From a virus, in IMG/VR virus record IMGVR_UViG_3300044560_000016: a stretch of DNA of 44,240 nucleotides. One strand, given 5' to 3'. The translations under genes were made by a program, and so were the position numbers. Below, one piece after another: positions 41,096-44,240 of the stretch. A model generated the notes under the pieces. The model ran no database searches. It saw only the letters and a program-made list of their open reading frames with translations, and was not told the DNA's origin. Numbering within the stretch: the first letter of the stretch is position 1; every line of letters starts with the position of its first letter.

Positions 41096-41377
41096 TTATA
41101 AATAATTATCAGGGCTACTAACACCTTTATAAAAATACTTATTGGGAATAGAAACATCTACAATTACTTTTGATGCCATATATTCTATATACTTATCATT
41201 TTTATCTTTGTCCTTATAAACATAGGGCTTTACTTCAAGGCTGTTAATTACAGTGCCCTTGTATTTATCTAGCCAGTCTTCTAATATTCCCAGCTCTGGT
41301 TCATCAAAATAAACATAAATATATCGTGAACGATTACCATCATCTTTAAAAAGTTTATTTGGATCTTTAACTAACAT
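41096..41377 (-). CDS. Hypothetical protein
   Basis: 93-aa ORF downstream of the origin region. Confidence 0.45.
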   Translation of the reverse strand: MLVKDPNKLFKDDGNRSRYIYVYFDEPELGILEDWLDKYKGTVINSLEVKPYVYKDKDKNDKYIEYMASKVIVDVSIPNKYFYKGVSSPDNYL

Positions 41378-41390
41378 TTTTTACCTCCAT

Positions 41391-41625
41391 ACCGTGATGA
41401 ATGTGATGTCACCGTGATGCTAATAAACGTTGATATAGCAACATTTTTAGCATTTTTCACACTCATCACACTCTTTTGTAAACTATTAATAATACACGGG
41501 TACTATATATATTATTAATAGTTATTTACTTATTTTATTTATTACTGTGATATGTGATGTATTTTATATAACTCTTAGAGAGAGTAAGGCTGAAGGGCAT
41601 CACACTTTCATCACAAACATCACAT
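41391..41625. promoter_or_regulatory. Putative replication origin: mirror-symmetric GTGATG iteron triplets flanking an AT-rich core
   Basis: GTGATG at 41394, 41403 and 41414; CATCAC at 41598, 41609 and 41618; extra copies at 41464, 41547 and 41554; AT-rich 41480-41545. Confidence 0.6.
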
Positions 41626-42933
41626 TTTTTTGAATCCTCTTGAAGATTTTTTAGAAATTGGGTCATAACCACTTGCACCAACTTCAAATCCCATGTGACT
41701 CATTACATAGCGCATAGTTTTGATGTCTTTGCTTTTGACTTCTCTACCAAGTCCGATTAATAAAGCTTGACGCATTTCTTGATTAGAAATAAATTTTCTA
41801 TCTTTGAATTGCCCATCAAGTAAAACTTTAATTTCATCTTCAACTTCAGAAGTAGCTAAGAACTGTTGTCGGTTGTCTGCTAAGATAGCTTCTTGTTTAG
41901 GTGAAAGCTTGAATGGATCTTTAGTGTGTTTCCATAGATAAACAGCTTCACCCCAAACTTGATCAATTTCTTCTTTTTTCAATCCTTCAACGGGATGCAC
42001 TCTTTGACGCTTTTCATCACATTTAATTGAAAGAAATCGTCTGTCACCAGATTTATCTTTCAAGTGCTGCACTTCATTAGTAGTACGTGCCATTACAAAA
42101 CCTTTATTAAAAGTCATAATGTACTTGCCATATGAAGGACGATATCTAAAAACCTGCTCTGTGATGAATTTTTTAACAACTTCAAAGCTTGATTTGTTTG
42201 AAGCAGTCATTTCATCATCATTAACGATCAAAGCATTTTTAAGTTCTGCCTTATCATCTTTATCAGTAAAAGAGTTAAATTGATCAGTATAAAACCCGCA
42301 TGGCGCAATTTCTCGCAAAAGTGTTGTTTTACCGATCCCCTGACCACCAACAAGATCAAGAACATAATCAAATTTCGTCAAAGGATTGTAGCCCTTAGCC
42401 ACAGCACCCATAAACCATAATCGAACGGTTAATTTAGTGGCTTCGGAATCATCAGCACCAAGATATTTTTGTAGAAAATCATCAAGCCGCAGTTTCTTAT
42501 CCCACTTAGCCAAACATTTTTCAAAATAATCAATAACTGGATTATACGAATTGGCTCTTGCTACTGAATCGATTACTTGACTAACTAAATTAGGTTTAAA
42601 TGTTGTTTTGTATTCAGGACTAACTGAAATATAAAGAACAATATCATTTACAACACCGTCGTTAAGCTGTCCTTTTTTTAATACAATTTTTGGAATACCT
42701 TGTTTAGTTAAATCAAGGGTTACATCATTTACTACATCAATTTCATCAGTAAAGCGATTGAATCTAAGAATCCCTTTTAAATTCGGATCATGCTGCAAAA
42801 TCAATGCAACATTTTTAGTACTAGTGGTTTTGATTGCATCTTTATCAGTCAAATCAAAATTCAATTTAGGCTTTTTATTGTCTGCTTTGATCTTTTTGAC
42901 TTTTTCTGAATCTAGCGTTTTTAATTCACTCAC
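41620..42933 (-). CDS. VirE / VapE-family P-loop NTPase (primase-associated helicase-like)
   Basis: Walker A LVGGQGIGKTT; coupled to the Prim-Pol gene. Confidence 0.75.
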   Translation of the reverse strand: MSELKTLDSEKVKKIKADNKKPKLNFDLTDKDAIKTTSTKNVALILQHDPNLKGILRFNRFTDEIDVVNDVTLDLTKQGIPKIVLKKGQLNDGVVNDIVLYISVSPEYKTTFKPNLVSQVIDSVARANSYNPVIDYFEKCLAKWDKKLRLDDFLQKYLGADDSEATKLTVRLWFMGAVAKGYNPLTKFDYVLDLVGGQGIGKTTLLREIAPCGFYTDQFNSFTDKDDKAELKNALIVNDDEMTASNKSSFEVVKKFITEQVFRYRPSYGKYIMTFNKGFVMARTTNEVQHLKDKSGDRRFLSIKCDEKRQRVHPVEGLKKEEIDQVWGEAVYLWKHTKDPFKLSPKQEAILADNRQQFLATSEVEDEIKVLLDGQFKDRKFISNQEMRQALLIGLGREVKSKDIKTMRYVMSHMGFEVGASGYDPISKKSSRGFKKM

Positions 42934-43726
42934 TTAAATTTCTTCGCCTCATTTCTTTATCTAACATGCTTTCACATGTCTTATAAACCTCATCGTCGCT
43001 CAATTTATCTTTAGTATTGCTGTTTGCAATTACAGCTAATTGATAAGCCTTGTTAGGATCAACACCGCGGAATAGTAAGCCACCCATAAAACTAGCTAAA
43101 GCGTTGTTTCTCCCACCAGTTTCACCTAAGCCATCAACAATTTTTTCAAATAATTGCGCTGTAGCTGTTTTATCCTTAGTGATATATGCACCTTGCAAGT
43201 CATCATCAACAGGAATGGCTTCTTTTTGCTTTTCAAGAATTAATTCAATTAATCCTTTAGGCGGCTCTTTCATCGGCTCTCGATTTAACCACTCATAGGC
43301 TTTATCACCTAACACCGATGGTGCAACAATAACGTAATTATTTTCATGTGCTTTCAAATCCACATTAGGTAAGAAACCGATGTTTTGTTGAATAATTATG
43401 TCCTTAGGCTTAGTAAAGAAAAAGTGAAAACCATTGTGTGCGGTACGTTCTGTAAGCGTATCTTTAAACCATTCATCGTGATTCAAGGTTTTGATTGATT
43501 CCATACCGTCGCCTTCATGCCGGTCCACATCGATCACAAAGAACTTATCTGTTTTCAAAGCAATATTAGCGGTGGGATATTTTTGCCAAACTCGTTTAAT
43601 TTCATCGCCTGTTAAGGGTGGCTTATCCGCGAACTTGATTAACGGGCGCTTATCTGTGCCAATCGGAATCACAGAGAACCCGTGGCTAGCATAATTAAGC
43701 GCGTAATTTACTAAATTTGGATGCAT
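42926..43726 (-). CDS. Bifunctional DNA primase/polymerase (Prim-Pol) domain protein
   Basis: HGFSVIPIGTDKRP, FVIDVDRH (DxD) and HNGFHFFF motifs. Confidence 0.75.
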   Translation of the reverse strand: MHPNLVNYALNYASHGFSVIPIGTDKRPLIKFADKPPLTGDEIKRVWQKYPTANIALKTDKFFVIDVDRHEGDGMESIKTLNHDEWFKDTLTERTAHNGFHFFFTKPKDIIIQQNIGFLPNVDLKAHENNYVIVAPSVLGDKAYEWLNREPMKEPPKGLIELILEKQKEAIPVDDDLQGAYITKDKTATAQLFEKIVDGLGETGGRNNALASFMGGLLFRGVDPNKAYQLAVIANSNTKDKLSDDEVYKTCESMLDKEMRRRNLSE

Positions 43727-43729
43727 AGT

Positions 43730-44032
43730 TTAAAACCTCTCTGAGTCATAGCCATATTCAATATTTACTTTAGGTTCTGGTAAATTTAGAAAAGATTTAA
43801 TTGCACTTTTCTTAACTGTCCAATTAGTCCAGTATGGATTCTCACCACAGCCTGGATACCATAGTCCTTGACCATGGTTATCTTTAATTGCAGTTTCAAA
43901 AGTTAATAAGCTTTCTCTAGTAGTATTGCTTAAGATAGTTCTAACTGATTCTGCAGGTTCGGTTACATATAATGGGTAAACCTTTGAACCCAGTACAACC
44001 ATAATTTCAGTTCTTGGATATTTAATATTCAT
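43730..44032 (-). CDS. Hypothetical protein
   Basis: 100-aa ORF upstream of the Prim-Pol gene. Confidence 0.45.
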   Translation of the reverse strand: MNIKYPRTEIMVVLGSKVYPLYVTEPAESVRTILSNTTRESLLTFETAIKDNHGQGLWYPGCGENPYWTNWTVKKSAIKSFLNLPEPKVNIEYGYDSERF

Positions 44033-44035
44033 GAC

Positions 44036-44240
44036 TTATTCTCCTTCATACCAACCTTCAGCATTTAAATGAGCTGCTTTTTTAGGACTTAATCTTTTTA
44101 GAAAACCTCTTACCTGGTTTTTTCTTATATGCCATTCAACATAAGTAATTTCCTGATTACAATTTGGTGTCCATCTAAAATCTTGATTAACACGTAGCAT
44201 TGCAACATTGAAAGTTAAGAAATCTAATTGATTTGAACTT
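44036..44240 (-). CDS. C-terminal part of the junction-spanning 103-aa hypothetical protein
   Basis: Same frame as 1..234 once the overlap is collapsed; TAA stop at 44036-44038. Confidence 0.5.
   Translation of the reverse strand, partial: SSNQLDFLTFNVAMLRVNQDFRWTPNCNQEITYVEWHIRKNQVRGFLKRLSPKKAAHLNAEGWYEGE
44114..44240. repeat. Terminal direct repeat, right copy (identical to 1-127)
   Basis: Same 127-nt string as 1-127. Confidence 0.95.

Larger units (their letters stand above)
1..44240. mobile_element. Complete circular temperate phage genome with contractile tail (myovirus morphotype), carrying a DGR
   Basis: Full set of lysogeny, replication, packaging, head, sheath/tube/baseplate and lysis genes. 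The window ends overlap by 127 bp and an ORF reads through the junction. attP-like region sits next to the integrase with no host flanks. Confidence 0.85.

Noticed and set aside
41391-41625. CRISPR array or other defence-type repeat as the explanation for the GTGATG repeats
   Set aside because: The units are 6-bp iterons with 3-5-nt spacers in mirror symmetry around an AT-rich core next to replication genes. They are not 25-40-bp repeats with unique spacers. I saw no CRISPR-like array anywhere in the window.
39981-43694. Plus-strand ORFs 39981..40211, 43050..43298 and 43491..43694, and also 12133..12342
   Set aside because: They are antisense to better-supported minus-strand genes and have no start context.
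1-44240. A second VR or remote DGR target elsewhere in the genome
   Set aside because: Scanning by eye for the conserved TR blocks (ccaggtattggatgcgcc and cagccgaagaatggat), I found them only at the TR and the single VR. This needs a computational search to be conclusive.

Overview
The window is a complete, circularly closed genome of about 44.1 kb. Bases 1-127 are identical to 44114-44240. It is a low-GC temperate phage with a contractile tail (PBSX/Xkd-like tail module), probably infecting Lactobacillaceae or another Firmicute; the host assignment is inference. Almost all genes lie on the minus strand.

Modules in minus-strand transcription order:
- Replication and recombination: Prim-Pol, VirE-like NTPase, an iteron origin, VRR-NUC, HNH, AAA_24, DUF669 and an SF2 helicase.
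- An ArpU-like late regulator.
- A roughly 590-nt structured non-coding locus with tRNA-Trp and tRNA-like modules.
- Packaging and head: terS, terL, portal, MuF, scaffold and capsid.
- Tail: sheath, tube, chaperone with a -1 frameshift, tape measure and baseplate.
- Tail fibre, then a diversity-generating retroelement (DGR).
- XkdX, holin-like genes and a GH25 endolysin.
- attP, integrase and the cI/ImmA/cro/antirepressor switch.

The main result is a complete DGR at 13731-16528. It consists of a 287-aa target ORF after the tail fibre, an 88-bp VR, a hairpin, an Avd-position ORF, an 88-bp TR, a 148-nt spacer and a 380-aa DGR-type reverse transcriptase. My hand alignment gives 9 TR/VR mismatches, and every one falls at a TR adenine on the coding strand.

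Secondary observations:
- The tRNA and tRNA-like RNA locus, and an 11-bp phased repeat array upstream of it.
- A mirror-symmetric GTGATG iteron origin.
- Two frameshift-interrupted genes: the helicase and a DUF1599-like gene at an A8 tract.
- An in-frame TAG between lysis-region membrane ORFs.
- Several small accessory (moron-like) genes.

Functional calls rest on motifs I recognise by eye and on synteny. No database search was possible, and I cannot establish novelty from the sequence alone.
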